This document shows positions 28,798 to 43,902 of a stretch of DNA of 64,000 bases, piece after piece; the first letter of the stretch is position 1, and every line of letters starts with the position of its first letter. Location of the stretch: the NCBI GenBank assembly GCA_951406725.2, contig OX597816.1, forward strand, positions 55,614,001-55,678,000, in the 5' to 3' direction. The stretch is from Octopus vulgaris. Its lineage: Eukaryota. Position numbers and translations under genes: made by a program. Below the pieces are notes generated by a model. The model had not been told where the DNA came from, did no database searches, and worked only from the letters and a program-made list of their open reading frames with translations.

Positions 28798-29812
28798 GCA
28801 TGTATATTTATTAAGCGAATTATTGGTAAGCCTACCACACACCAATGAGCACTCACTGAGTACGTTTATTATTCTTCCAATTGCGAAATACATTTCAATA
28901 TTTCCGTTTCTTGCAACTCTTTGAATAAGCAATGCAGCGGTGATTAGCATTTGTCAAACTGTGTGACCCGATTAACCAACGTCAGGCCACCATTTCTCAC
29001 ATCCCTCACGTGATGGCAACAAACGTGATCTAAAAATACCCGTTGAGTTATTTTATCAACTATGTTTTCATTGGCACACATCCAAAGGAGTTTATGGCTC
29101 CAAAATTCCATACGGCGGTCTCTTACGAGAGTATCATTCTTTCTTTGTTATATCTATTATTTGACAATACCGTTTCCTGTGACAACCCAGTCATGTCAGA
29201 CAGGAGATTATCTTAATAAAATTACAGAATTATACGTTATTATCCGTCTCTCATTTTTTATATAGAACGATTGTATTGAACGCGTTCCATGAAGCATGTT
29301 TCAACAGTCTTGCATTCGCTGCATATAGTCTGTAAAATGATGATGAACATACCCGTATGCAGCAATCAATATTATTCAGACGATGCACTTTAAAATTTCT
29401 TATTAAAACCCCACAAGTGTCGTCTGCATACAAACTAGTTTACCACGTGCATGGTTTATATCTGTAATTTTTTGCTTCGGTGGAGGCATCACTACGTCAC
29501 CTTCAACAATAAATATTATGGTTATTTAATATCGTCTAATTACATTTGAAAATAAAATGCGTAACATGTCAACACCAAACATCCGATTCTGTCGTTGTAA
29601 CAGCATTTCTAAAACGTTCAAATCTTGTATTTCTTGTAAATCTACTTCAGCTCTGTTGTGTTGATAACATTTCTTAAATCTCTTCAATGATGGGATAAGA
29701 GTTCAGAGTTTGGCACTGCTGTTGCACGCGTCATTGCACACGTCATACTTCTTCAAAGATAAAATAAAATATAGTCAATTGGGAACTGCCAAAAAAATGT
29801 CAATTTACATAT

Positions 29813-29844
<32 letters not shown>

Positions 29845-29902
29845 GTATTTTATAAGCTTGTAGCCACCAACGCGCAATGACTAAAGAGAATATCTGAATA
29901 GA

Positions 29903-29934
<32 letters not shown>

Positions 29935-31824
29935 ATGATATATACTTTTTCAAGAAGTCAATTGATGGTAACTTCGAACATTAAGCATGCAAGCCTTCGT
30001 TGGACAAAGGCTAAGAGGCCGAAATTTCGAAGTCATTGTCACCACTTCTTGCAAAATCATCATATATGGTCAAGAGAAAAAGAAAAAATACCGAATAATT
30101 ATTTGATTTAGCGTTAACTCGAATTGAAAACAAACATGTGTGCGTGCACGTCGTTTATGTGTGTGTGTGTGTATATGTATATATGTATGTGTGGATGCAC
30201 ATACGTAGGTATGTATGTATTATGTGTTTATGTGCGTCTGTGTAGTAACGGATTCACAAGGGTTATGTAATTCCTCTGTATGATAACCACTGCCTCACAC
30301 AGATATTGTTTCCTTTCAATGGAATTTCTAAAACTATTATAAAGCATTCCATACTCACCCCTACGAAGCGATCTGCTTAGTAGCTCCTCCATCCAATAGC
30401 ATTTTGCTCTCCCTCATTTGTTTCCCTCCGCCAATCCTCTATTGATCATTTGTAAATTATTTCACGCGATACACAATGCACTAAATATTTCCATTCACCC
30501 GTATTTCTATTCCTACGCATCGATAAAATGAAATAAGATGACTATCAACCCAGTTCATGACAGAGAATCGCCAACATCACAACAACGGTATTCTGCATAC
30601 GCATTATAGAGTATGCATACAATACTAACGAACCATACCGAACCAAAGAATCACGCGTACCCATGGCCCACAAGTCGCTGGTGCTGTACAAACCCGCCAT
30701 GAAAATAAAAATAAAATAATAATTGTTTAATAGTTTGGCACTACGTCAACCATATCAGCGGGGATGGGATCGAATATTACATAGATCCCAGCATCTCAAT
30801 CATACTTTATTTTATCGAACTCCAAAGGATGAAAGGTAAAGTTCAATTTGTCCGCATTCGAAATAGAAAAAAAAAACGATAGAAGAAATGCTGCTAAGCT
30901 TTTTGTCCGATACGCTAAGGATTCTGCAAGTAAGCTGCCACAGAATACCATCAACAACTCTCTTTAGCTGACTCCAAAAGCCTACACATGCAAAAGTGAA
31001 GCAGGAAATTTCTGTCACACAACGTATGTATTTATATTTATAACTAATGGACGAGAGTGGGGTTATAAGGAAAATGATATAATATTGACGGATTGACTTA
31101 AAATTCAAACTAAAAATTAAAGAGAAACTAAAAACGTAAAATTTAGTATAAACTATCCAAAATGTATAGAAACCTCCACCTACTTTGACAGGATCAGACA
31201 ACTTAACCATTACGACATCTTTCAGATACGATCCTTGTCTCGAAGCTTGGTATCGCAATAATATGCCCTTGAATCAGAGCCGCCTTAGCTAAACCATTAG
31301 GTACCTCACAAAACTCAATCACGATTTTCTAACTACAAATCGATGACAGACATATTTTTCAACAATTCATCACCTATGGTAACCTAGAAACGAAACCCAT
31401 CTTCTTAAGCAGCATATTATTACTGGCTCTCTTTTCTGAGACTTTGCCGCAGTTCTTCACTCGAACTGTAAACTACCGGTAGCCAGTGCTGTCGGAATCA
31501 TCTTTGTAAGTGGCATCCAGTGATTTACTTCGTTTTTACCTGCATTCACTGTTTTTGGCCCTCTCTATATTCTTATAGAGATTTAGTTTCGATATCATTC
31601 CCATAATCACTAGACATTGACGTAGTCGTATACCTTGTAGCCTCTGTTCCGTCAGCAATGGAATGGGAAATTTCTCGGCTCACTATCCATGGACATCTCC
31701 GGTACTGATGACATAGAGGAAAAAGTGATTTGATTTTCTTTCCCTGTGTCTCTTCTCCGATATCCGACCGAAAACTGAAAACAGTTCTCACGACAGCGAG
31801 CAGAACTGATCATTTTGCTCTGTA

Positions 31825-32211
31825 CTCTTTTACTTGTTTCAATCATTTCACTGCGGCCATGCTGGAGCACCGCCTTTAATTGAGCAACTCAACCCCGGGA
31901 CTTACTCTTTGCAAGCCCAGTACTTAGTCTATCGGTCTCTTTTGCCGAACCGCTAAGTGACGTGGGACATAAACACACTAGCATCGGTTGTCAAGCAATG
32001 CTAGGGGGACAAACACAGAACACAAACAAATATATATATACATATATACGACGGGCTTCTTTCAGTTTCCGTCTACCAAATCCACTCACATGGCTTTGGT
32101 TGACCCGAGGCTATAGTAGAAGACACTTGCCCAAGGTGCCACGCAGTAGAACTGAACCCTGAACCATGTGGTTGGTAAACAAGCTACTTACCACACAGCC
32201 ACTCCTGCGCC
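31825..32211 (-). mobile_element. Full-length tRNA-derived SINE family B (CORE-like)
   Basis: ggcgcaggagtggctgtgtggtaag head, CORE-like ccttgggcaagtgtcttc, central TA/TG tract, tail ending ..tgaaacaagtaaaagag. Confidence 0.88.
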
Positions 32212-33639
32212 TGTCTACCCATGGCTATGTGTAGTTCGCAGGTAGGATTGCGATATTTGTGGATCATTAGCATCTGGATGGTCCAAGCAAACATAAAAGA
32301 CCCTAGAAGACAATTTATTTCTGAGGGTAGTCACTCTAGTCACATATATGCCAACTGCCATGCAAAGGTAAGACAAAAAAAATTGTTAAAATTCTGAGGA
32401 AATACATCTGTTCATGATTTTACTATCAGTAAAAACTCATGCATTTCTTCAGAAGCCATTGGAGAAATGTATACCACGTGATCTCCACATTCCTCCCCAC
32501 CTCACTGCCTATTTGAACTTAAAATTCAAGCACACACTTCCGTATGCACTACGTTGTTTCCATCATCTCAAGTACTAGCTCTTTTGAACTCTTATTATAG
32601 ACAGCATATATTTTTGGAAATTAGAGGCATACAAAATTTCAACTTGTCCTTTCCTGCATAAATTGGTCGGAAATAAAATAGAAAAACAACCTTGTTTTTT
32701 TTTTCCAATTCTTCATTTACTTATTTTCCTTGAGTTGACATGTCCAGTCGTTTCATTTAATCAACGTTTTGTAAATTCTTATTGTTAGCCACATTCATGT
32801 CATTCCTGTTTGAATTGGTTTTGTTTTGCTCAGCCATGATTATGTTTCTGGCGGCACCATGTTTTCCGGACTTCTTTTCTACAAGTATATGTATATCTGA
32901 TTAAACGTCAGTCGCGTGTATTTTTTAAAAATATATTTTGGTTGTCTCTTTGAAAAGAAACGTTTGTATTTCTTTTTTCATTTGAAGACAATATACAGTG
33001 CGTTCGTTTCCTTAATTGTGGATGCTGCTACCTTGATAGTGTCAAATATTTCTTACAGTTACTCCAGACGTAAGGGACTTGCAACACCCGTAAATGTTGC
33101 TAATTATTATTTGTTTAATGAACAAATAAATTGAATCGGGTAAATGTCTAAAAATATACAATAGCTGCTGTGGACACTTAGACAATTCGAAATCTTTCGG
33201 AGAGGAGATTAGGTCGGAAATATGTTTTATTTTCTAAGGTGTTCCGTTTAACAATTACATTTTCATTTGGATGTGCAAGAACACCAACTGCAACAACAAA
33301 ATAAATATCGATAGCAGCAACACTAATATTCATGGAAGCAGCAACAACAACATTACTAATGATAATAATATCATCAGAGTTTTGAGTTTAATACCACTCA
33401 ACCTGAAGGAACATGTGGGCACTTTAGAAATACCATACAATCTTGGTGTATTGCAAAAATTGGCACTACTTGCAGCTGTATGCATGATGCGTACAATACT
33501 GTCTATCAGACGGCTTTCTTGTAACTAAGAGGCTGTACAAAACCTCGGTGCATAGGATATATTCAATCTACGACATCATAACTTTGGATACCGTTCGACT
33601 TCTTCAATATAACAACAACAACAACAATGTACAAGTATG

Positions 33640-34160
33640 CAATGACATGCAGTTGCTCTCATGGCTTCTGATCTTAACTGATTGGAAGTGTTATCATGTA
33701 CATTGTTTTGTCCTGGTATAAAAGATGGGCTATAGCAAATATTCTGCTCAATACCACAGATTTGCTTGTCATTTGTTTGACCTTAACCATTTGAGCACGT
33801 CCCTTAGTGGCTGACGATATGTGCATCTCTGATCACGAGCAGAAGTAGTGGGGGAGCATCATAGCCGTGTATTGAAATGAATTCTTTGGAATTTGGATAA
33901 TTCATTCATCAATTTTAAACAACCCTTATTCAGTGATCTTTTGAGTGGGATGGGCTACTCAGCCTGAAGAAAATTCTAATTGGGCCCCACCTGCCAGGTG
34001 ATGCACTGTTTATGAGATCACCATATCCCGCACATATGGTTGGGATGCATATGCCTGGTGTACACTAATCAGACGGGCAGTCATGATGGCTAGCTATACT
34101 GGGCTTCGTATATTTTACCCCAGTGTCACTTTGACGGCATGCGCTGCTCTCTGATTCAGT
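33640..34160. mobile_element. Family A ~500 bp interspersed repeat
   Basis: Colinear with 17700-18204. Confidence 0.85.
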
Positions 34161-34299
34161 AAGAATGAGGAGGAGGAGGGCAAATACAATTTCAAAAATA
34201 GAAAACAGGCTGAGTGTCTCCCATGGATCTTATTAGAAATACAGAGGATATGCTCAAGAAATATCAATGTATGAGACAAAATTTGTTCAATAAGAAGAA

Positions 34300-37200
34300 T
34301 AACAGTTAAAAGGTGATCAAGAAAATCGTATTAAACCCGACGGTCGTCTCCACATACAGCAAATGCCGTCGTCTATTGACTCTCAGACTCAAGAAGCATA
34401 CTCGGAAGATATCTGTTCAATCGTACCATATTTGTATCTCTATCCTTAGCCCCAATTTTTAGAGAAACTTATGTTGGGCAGCATCATGCATCTATCCTTA
34501 CATTCATTTTTCCTGTGCAAGACAATGACAGCTGACCAAAAAGTGTTCCTGTGCTTTCAGTCTCGTTCAACATACAACCGTTTTCGCGATCGCCAACATA
34601 TAGAGGTGACTTGACTGCTCTCCCAGACCAAACAAGGTTGATGTGGTGATTATTACTATAGGCTCAGCTAATAGCCAGATCCATTCCAGCTACAACAGCA
34701 GCTGTTTGGCAAACTCTACGGATCAGTAATACTGGGAGACTAAGCGAATGATTGCAGATCTGTTTCGTTGCTCTGCGTGAATTTTATATAAGTCCGGCTG
34801 ACGGTATTTCGGTGTCCCTAAACATTGTTCCCATTCTCACTACCAAGACAAGCTTTACTGGAACTTTTCCGAAGTTCTTTGGTCGAAAGCTCTCTGGGAA
34901 AACCAGCCAGTAACTCTTAATCCATACCTAGAGTTTCTGCAAAAAGCTCTTCATTTCCGCCATCACAAGTTTTGTATAGAATTCCAAAGTGGGAGTTCTA
35001 CTCACCGTATTGACCGACCAGTAGAAGACTGTAAGCATTTGGTAGCACCACATGCCGTTCTTGGTCTCTGTTTGACGCAAAATTGCAGCTCTGTCAAAGA
35101 CACGAACAGAGTATCTGACAAATGGCCAATACATCAGTTCATCGTTTAGAAATATAGTGAGATATAGCATTGACGCATATCTGTATATCGGCAGCCACAG
35201 TATCACCATCTAATGGAATTTACTTCAGTCGGCAGCTGAATAGCTAAAATGTTACTTCAGTTTCTGTTTACTCTACTCTACAGGAACGAGGCGTTCAGCT
35301 TCCAGTAGCCAGGTCTCCGAGATCTATCTAGCTCAAACTTGCAGCTCAAAACGTTGTAAGGTATGTAGCCGAATAGTAATTGGGGGAATCTTACAATATT
35401 CCTGTCTGCAACATAAATAAAAGTCCTATAAAAAAATAGGTTCTAGTTGACTGGATGCGGTTACTCCGCGTCGATACTGGTACGTTCAGGAATTCTAATT
35501 CGTACCTCTCCGTCAGTTGCAAACGTCTGCTCAGCTTTCAGAGCTTTTGCACCATGCACTCCTATTGACATGCCTCAATTAATCTGGACGTGCATCATAG
35601 ATGATAATGATAATGATGATGTAGTGGCCCATTAGAACTAAAGAGGGAGATGTTTCCAAAGACACTTCCAGCTGACTGAAGATATCTAGCAAGCTTGCTA
35701 AGATCAAGGTATATACGGTCACTAGACCGACAGCGCCATCTTTACTATTGGCCACGATCAATACCTACGATTTACAGTCTGAAGCCAGGAAGATTGTTCA
35801 TGAGTTGAGATCCAGAACTTTCCAATCAACATTATTATTCCTTCCGATCCAGGTCGGACAAAAGTAGCGTACATGTCATATCTGTCAAATATAAGCGCAA
35901 ACGTAAGCGGCATGGATGGAAATCTTCGTCTTACTCATTGCTTCCACATCAATATCCAGTAACCTGAAATCGTTCTGTAAGAAGATTTACTTCAAACCCA
36001 ACCTCAAGTCACGTGCATTTGTATTTCTTACTCGGATTTGTCCATGCTAATCAGTAAAATATTACGTAAAGACGATTCCTTGCTTTGGTCTAATTGAAGG
36101 GCAGAGAATTCAATCTTCATTATGGGTTGGGCTTCTTTGAATAGATCACTTGCGTCTTTTCTGTTTTGTGTCCGAGTCAAAGGTCTGACACTTCATGACT
36201 GTTTACAATATAGTTTTGTAGACTTTATGAATACGACAAAGGAATGGCATTCCTGCTGTATGGTCAGCACTTGTTTCCTCTTGTGGATGTATCTTTCTAT
36301 TTCTCTTCTATGTATTTCCTCGATTTTGTCTCTAACAGAGAAGTCGAATCAGGTGGTTTTTGTGCATTTGGCTGTTGCTCTTCTTTTTACTGGGGTTGTT
36401 ATCGTGCTTGTTTTCCTGAAATTTTGTTCCTTCAGTTTCGCTTGTTGTTGTTGTTGTTGCTGAGCGTGTGTTTCCCTATTGCTCTCAAGTGATGACATAG
36501 CGAAGCATAGAAATAAATACTGGTAAGTTTTCCTGTCTGTTCTTATGTGTAGCCGTGGATGAGGGTAAAGATGGGAAATGTTTTGACAGGTTTGGTGATG
36601 CGTTTTGTTGTTGCCTTTGTGACTGCATCTCTCTGTGGAAGTTCTTGATATTGAAGCACTGAGAAAAATAACGGATTCTCTCTTCATATTTCTTTAGCCG
36701 TAGGCAGCGATTTTTTAGACAGTAATTAACCTCACATATGTAACATATTGGCTTTCAGCTCTCTAAGGCCACTAACAACTTCAAACCAAAGGGCCCTATC
36801 TGGCAAGTGAATCAAGCCGGTAATACTTTAGACTATGTGTACGATGTAGTTCAAACCCTCCATCCCTTTCCACGATCACTTCATTTGCTATGAGTCAGCA
36901 ACGATATGAGGGCATCAGTATAAATTTATCGCTTCTGAGAGAGACTATTCAATGGTCTTTTCCCTTCGATACTCGTAGACAATCTGCCATCAACTGTACA
37001 GGAGTAGGTGGCATGACTGGTAAGAGTCAGAATGGATGTGAGGCACTTTTGTACTAAAGCTCGAGCCGGCTTTTCCTTCCGTCTATACAACCCTAGGCTA
37101 TCATGCATCTCCTGGTTTCTTCTATAATGCATTCAGGAAACGCAAGGCTCTTCCTTCGTCTTCTCCTCGTTAGCAAAGTTTTCGACTGTGATATGTTTTC

Positions 37201-37350
37201 CAATTCTACTTCAGTCTCTCCCATTTCCTCGATGCTCTGGCAAACTACCCACATTTTTCCCATTCTTCGTAGTAGAAGAATGGTGGTGTTGATTGTTCTG
37301 TAGCCTTTGTTGCTCTTTGTGCTTGCATAACTGGACGAGTGAGCGACTGC
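34300..37350. mobile_element. Heavily decayed LINE debris (RTE-like and R4-like)
   Basis: Weak echoes only (RIKPDGRL and QQLFGKL on plus; KSS..GYW on minus). Confidence 0.25.
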
Positions 37351-38179
37351 CGTAGTCATTACGTGGGAGGCGGTGACGTTTTAATTTCTGAATGGAAGGG
37401 CGGTGACATTGGCGGTGTCGGTAGTGTTAAAACTGCAGCACTGTCAACTACTGTGTTGGTGAAAGTTGTGGTATTCCTCTTCTCTGTAAGAAATCAGATG
37501 CTTGCAATAAAAGTGGTAGTTTTCTAATCATATTACTCTTTGCTTTCGGTTGTGGCGTATGTTATTATTAAGTTGTTTTTGATATCCAACACGCTTTGTC
37601 ACAGCTACTTATACACTTTGCAATGGATATTAATACAAGGAAATCATTTCCATTGCCACTGCTCTGGGTGTGACAAACCCTCCTTCATAATCATCGCTTC
37701 ACTGGATTTGACATTTGCTATGATACGTTTTGCGTTTGAGATAATTCGGAATAAAATCTTTTAAAATATATTTTACCACAATGTGGCAAACGAAAGAGTT
37801 TTCAGCAGGCCCAGGTGGGTACTGGTTGGCTCCGACACGAACCAGATAACAAAATATAACATTAACACGTTTTTAGATACCTAAACAAATAACAACTTGC
37901 AGACCGTGTTCGAGTGTGTTTCACAGATGCATGCACTATCAACAACAACGGTAAAATGACGAGGTTGCCCACAGTAATTTGAGGAGAGGGAGCAAGTCTA
38001 TTAAACCGACGTCAGTAGTTGATTGCTCCTACATTTCATTGACACCGAAACGTTGAAGGACAAAGTGCATCTCGGCCATACTTAAACATTTTGTCGGAAA
38101 GGTTAACGACTCTGCCAGCTCCAAGATCAAATAACAACAACAACACCCACAGCACAACAACAACAGCTATAATAATAAT

Positions 38180-38390
38180 CCTTCGAACTATAGGCCAAAG
38201 ATCTGAAAGTTTGAGGAGGGGCTAGTCGATTGCATCGACCCCAGTGTATAACTGGTAATTATTTCATTGACCCCGAAAGGATGAATGGCAAAATCGACCT
38301 CGATGTAATATAAACTCAGAACGTGAGGACGGACGAAATACAGCTAAGCGTTTTGCCTGGTGTGCTATCGATTCTCTCATTTCGCAGCCT
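38180..38390 (-). mobile_element. SINE family D copy
   Basis: Homologous to 50020-50250. More decayed copies lie at ~27810-27960, 30720-30940 and 37980-38120. Confidence 0.75.
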
Positions 38391-39446
38391 TAATAATAAT
38401 AATAAGAAGAAGAAGGGGAGGAGGAGGAGAAGAAGACGAAGAAGACGAAGACGACGACGACTACGAAGGGTTTTTACAGAATATCGTCATAGAGATTCAC
38501 TATACAATAAAAGCAAAGAAACGAGATAATATCGTCAAGGCATGAAATAATAAACAGGACAGCGTCAAGGAAATAAGAGTGTTGAGAACTATGACGGACT
38601 CGCCATAGATATGAAATGATTGTGGAGCACAGGGATGGAAATGTTCCAGTTGTAATGAGGTAATAATATACTCGGCGCCAATTACAGCAACAGTCATTTC
38701 CTTGCTTGAGTTCCACGAGGTTGAGTGCCATTAGAACTGAATACCTTTAATGGGCCTATGGAATCATAACATGGAAGTACTAACCTGCATTCTGTAAGAA
38801 TACAATTAGAGGGTTTGGAGATTTCAACAGACTTGGTGTCACCAATTTCAGATAACATCATTACTAAATAAATTTCTAGATTTTTTTTAAAGAAGAAATG
38901 TAATAATGTTTTCCATGTTTGGCGCCCAAACATGATTTCTCAAGAAACACATTTAGACATCATTTGATAACCAATAACTTACACATCAATACGCATATAA
39001 CATACATACGTTAATACACAAATACACACACAGATACCTATACATGATTTTAGGCACATATATATATATACATACATACATACATGCATATATATATATA
39101 TACATATATATACATATATATATACATATATATACACATATATATATATACATATATATATATTTATATATAAATATATATATATACATATATATATATA
39201 TACATATATATACACACATATATATATAATTATATATATATATATACATATATCATTACATAATATATATATATACACACACATATACACACATATATAT
39301 ATATATACAGACATATACATACATATACACATATATATAATTATCTATATATATCATTATATGATATGTATATATATATACACATATACACGCATATATA
39401 TAATTACATATAATATATATATATACAGGTACATGTATATATACAC

Positions 39447-39494
<48 letters not shown>

Positions 39495-39649
39495 TGTGTG
39501 TGTGTGTATGTATATATACATATATATTTATTTATTTGTATTTATCAATATGTATATATGTGTGTGTGTTTGTGTGTGTGTATAATATAATATACTATAA
39601 AAACCAGACAAACGCCCGAGATATTGTTAATCCAAATATATCATGAAGT

Positions 39650-39725
39650 CCTCTACATACGTTTCGACGGGTGCACTCCAAAATATCCGGCAGGGTAAAA
39701 AATGGTCACCGATCTCTTCGGGAAG
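39650..39725 (-). ncRNA. Decayed hammerhead ribozyme candidate with long stem II
   Basis: Minus strand: cttc-CCGAAGA-gatcggtg..cacccgtc-GAAAC-gtat-GTA-gagg. One core substitution (U4 to C). Confidence 0.45.
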
Positions 39726-40984
39726 TTTATGATAACAAGCTCATCGAAAAAACATGTTAACCGAAAAAGAAAGTCCTACAAAATGTAACGTATTTATGTT
39801 TATACGGAATCAAGCTTCCACACTCAAACATGTGATGTGTAAATATAAACATTATACTCATTCCAAAACACATTCATACACACTCATCAAAATACAAAGA
39901 CTTACAAATACACATATATACGTACATAAATACATATATATATATATATCTACATACATATATATATACATACATATCTACGTATACATATATATACATA
40001 CCTAGATGTTTACACACATCCACACAGCTATACATATATGAGAATACAAACACACACACATGCACACACACACACACATTTCAATGTATAATCCGTCTAG
40101 TCAGTACCATAACAGGATGTAATGTCATACTGGAGTTCTGGAGTTTTCCGGACGAGTTACCTTCCCGCTATTAGAATGGTATGTCTGTAGCACAATAACA
40201 CATATAAAATGACGCTTGCACTTCATTTTCATATTACGGTTTCTTCGACATGAACACATTTAATCATCTCTCCTACGAACCTCTATTTTTTTATTAGTTT
40301 TGTTTTATTAATATACCGTTGTTTCCCTGAATTACGAATTTACACTATCCACTGTCCTCATAACTAACGATGTTCCCTGAATTCGTCACCAAGGTTTGTC
40401 TAACGGTCTGAGTTCAACTATTCTGTTAAAGTTTCAAATCATTATTATATATCTGGCTATATATAATAATAATACCATCGCTCTCTGTAACTATCAAGAA
40501 TCAAACTAATATGTTTTTTCTCTAAATTTTCCCCTTTTTTTTAAGATTAAGAAAATATATTTTACCAAAAACATATACAGTTTTTTCGAGATTTGAAAAT
40601 CATTTAATCCATTTTATGATAACTGCTTGCGATAATTCTTCACTTTATTATATAGAATGTAGATATATGTCATCAAACTTACTGTTTTTCTTTCTATTTT
40701 TACCTAGGTGTCTCTCACATACATGCTCAAATACATACATAGACACAGAAAACACACACACGCACACTCACAGAAACACATAATTATATGCATATATATA
40801 TATATATATATATACAATCACACACACGAGGACTGTTCATTAAATATTTCCCCTGGCCCACATCCTCTAACTTCAGGAAAACGAAATTGGAAAGTTATAA
40901 TTACACATGTCACATTGTAAATTTCAGCTTTGCAATATTATTCGTTTGTCTTTTACGTCTGCTGAGGCGAATTAAGATGTTATG

Positions 40985-41870
40985 ATGGAGGTAGTTGAAT
41001 GCAGATCAGCGATCGGTTCTCACACTTGAAAGGTCGTACACCAAAAGAGACGTTTGTGGTGGCGATGCACCAGTGTACGACTTAGTCAATCACTGGCATC
41101 GCCAGATCAAATGCTGTCGGACATCGGTGCAAACTGCTCCCATTGCAACAGCATTCCTCCACTGATGACGACACCAGACATAAAGTGGAAACCACCATTT
41201 TGGAGGATAGCTGCATAGTATTCAGCAACTAGTCCAAAAAGTGAAGAAAAGCATAGGGTCCGTAGAAAATATCATTTGCAATCATTTGCACAGGCGGAAA
41301 TTTTCTGCACTAGGGATTCCCCGGAGGCTTACACCTTTTCAGATGCAGGTACATGACAATTGCTCCCAGGCTCTTTTGACAATGTGCCAAGAAACTGAGG
41401 AGGACTTCTCTCGGCAGAATTATCACACAGGATGAAAGATGGGTCCATCAATATGATCCTGAAACTAAAGTCTAGTCAAAGCAATGGAAGCATGATAACT
41501 TACCACCTCCAAAGAATGTCCGTATCCATCCCTCAGAAGGCAAGGTGATGATCGTAGTCTTTTGGAACCATCAAAGCAAAGATGCGTGGCATGCTGAAAA
41601 AAGGAGTCCGCCTCCTCCAAGACAACGCCCCAGTTCACAATGGCATGTTGCCCTGATGAAACCACACTCCTGCGGCTATGAAATCCTTCTTCCTTTCTCT
41701 TGCTGCCCCGATTTCGCACCATCGGACTTCCATTTCTTTCCAAACATGAAGTCTTTCTTGAAGGGGAAACAGTTTTCAGATGCTGATGAACTTATCTCCG
41801 ATGTAAAGTCTTGGCTCTAGACGCGACCCAAATACGTCTGCAGATGAGGTCTTCAGCATGAAGTACATTT
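40985..41870 (+). mobile_element. Decayed mariner (DD34D-type) transposase
   Basis: HLKGRTPKE..GDAP..V.HW HTH region, RIITQDERWVHQYDPETK, QDNAPVH, PDFAPSDFHFFPNMKSFLKGKQF. Frameshifted with stops. Confidence 0.92.
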
Positions 41871-41971
41871 GCTGATGTATGTGAGTGGTCTTAATAAAGA
41901 CCATATTTTTTACAAGATGTATTGACCACCGTTTATTCATTTGTTCGACTTTAAATAAATTACACACACAC

Positions 41972-42004
<33 letters not shown>

Positions 42005-42035
42005 ATGAATCACTATTTACTGTTTCCATCATTCA

Positions 42036-42084
<49 letters not shown>

Positions 42085-42389
42085 GTGTCTGTGTTTGTGT
42101 CTGTATGTGTGTACGAATTCATATGGTAGACAAATCGATTTCTAACAATAGCCATTCAGTTGCTTAAACTACTAAATGATATGCTCAATAATGAACTGGC
42201 GAAGGATCGGGGGCATTCTACGTAAAAAAAATGTTCTTTAAGGGTAAATACCGCAAACCTGCTAAAGTGACATGCAGTGGAACTGCACCGGAGTATTCAG
42301 GGTTGCAAAGCGAACTCGCTGACCACTCATTCATGCCTGTGTTAAAACACCATTGCCATACTCACATGCCAATACACAAACACACAATG

Positions 42390-42441
<52 letters not shown>

Positions 42442-42477
42442 AAGTATGTCATATATAACTTCTCGATGAGGTTATAG

Positions 42478-42900
42478 AAACTGAAGATCTACTCTCTAAA
42501 GAGAAGGAGTGAAAGATATGCAGTGATATACATATGGAAGACGCTGGAAGTCCTAGCTCTCAACTTTGGAATTGAAAGCTCCATTAACCTCGAAACTGGA
42601 TGAGACGACATAGTACCAAAGTTCCCGTCTTTTCCCTCTAGAATATCGATACCTTACTGTAAGAGTTTGCATTTCAAAATTTCACCACCATACATTATTC
42701 TGCCAAATAGCCTCAGAAATTTGCCAGATGTAGATGTGAACGTCTTCAAAGAACGTCTGCACAAACATTTGTCCAACATATCAGTTGAACGACCCACATT
42801 GCAGCAGGAGGGACAAAGAAAAGTAGCTCCGTCCAACTGAGTACTTCGCGAAAAACTACACACAGAAGAAAATCAGTCGCACTCAGATGTGTTGCCTTAG
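42478..42900 (+). mobile_element. CR1-like LINE 3' end
   Basis: KLKIYSLKRRSERYAVIYIWKTLE..ILPNSLRNLPDVDVNVFKERLHKHL is typical of the CR1 ORF2 C-terminus. Confidence 0.8.
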
Positions 42901-43031
42901 CATGACTTCTGCCTCTGGTGGAAACCAGTGAATGCTCTGCATCCTTTATATACAAGGCATTGCTACCATCCAGCAGCTAACAGGACCACAGGACTGACTC
43001 AGTTTTCAGCTACTTCGCTCATCCTCAGCCG

Positions 43032-43191
43032 TTAGGTTTCCCGTTCATAAATAGTTTAGCTTTATGGCGTATCGTCAGATTCCAAAACCTGTTGGCCATA
43101 GACCTCTTAAAAATAAGAGGTATTGGGCTAACAGCTTTTAGGATATGACGATATACCATAAAGCTAAGCCCTTTATGGAAGGAATATCTAA
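43032..43191. repeat. ~160 bp fold-back palindrome
   Basis: ttagctttatggcgtatcgtca..acctctta-aaaa-taagaggt..tgacgatataccataaagctaa. The arms pair along their whole length around ~43111. Confidence 0.85.
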
Positions 43192-43219
43192 GGTAATCCT
43201 ATAAACTGTTGTTTCAATG

Positions 43220-43265
<46 letters not shown>

Positions 43266-43803
43266 CTATATACTGCTCTACATCTTAGAGTTTGGTTCTT
43301 CTGGATTGATGTTTTTTTACAGACGACATATGCATGTATGTATATATATAAAGTCTTCTCAAAACGCGGTCTACCGCCCGCCTCGACACACATCTCTTCT
43401 ACATCTTCCCGTATTTGTGTAGTAATATGCGGATGTTTGGCCTACGGTTGAGTGTCAGAGGAGAGAAGAATAAAAAAGAGGCATGGGTATTGTAATAGAG
43501 TGCTACTAGTTACTAAAGCAGTACTAGGAAACCAACGGTTAATGAGGATAATGATAAAAAGAAATATAAACCTGAAAAGTAGTTTTAAAATGGCAGAGGT
43601 TCAGAAAATAGTAGAAAACATATGGATGATCAGATTGTTGTATTTCTGGTGATATTAAATAGAGAAATTTTTTTTAAATCTTATATAATGAGATAAATGA
43701 GTATATAAATAATTATTCTATTTAAAGAGTGGAATTGAAATGTACCAAGGCAGAGGGGTAACTGGGTAACAAATGTACGGGTGTGTAGACTTAATGGCAA
43801 AGG

Positions 43804-43840
<37 letters not shown>

Positions 43841-43866
43841 TAAGATATGCATATATACAGACGTAT

Positions 43867-43902
<36 letters not shown>

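Noticed and set aside
29100-29760. Minus-strand YADD RT motif (possible PLE or LINE remnant)
   Set aside because: Too decayed; flanking RT motifs could not be recovered reliably.
42461-42606. Possible hammerhead with long stem II (gaggtta..taacctc-GAAA)
   Set aside because: The CUGA core is absent and the region is explained as CR1 ORF2 coding sequence.
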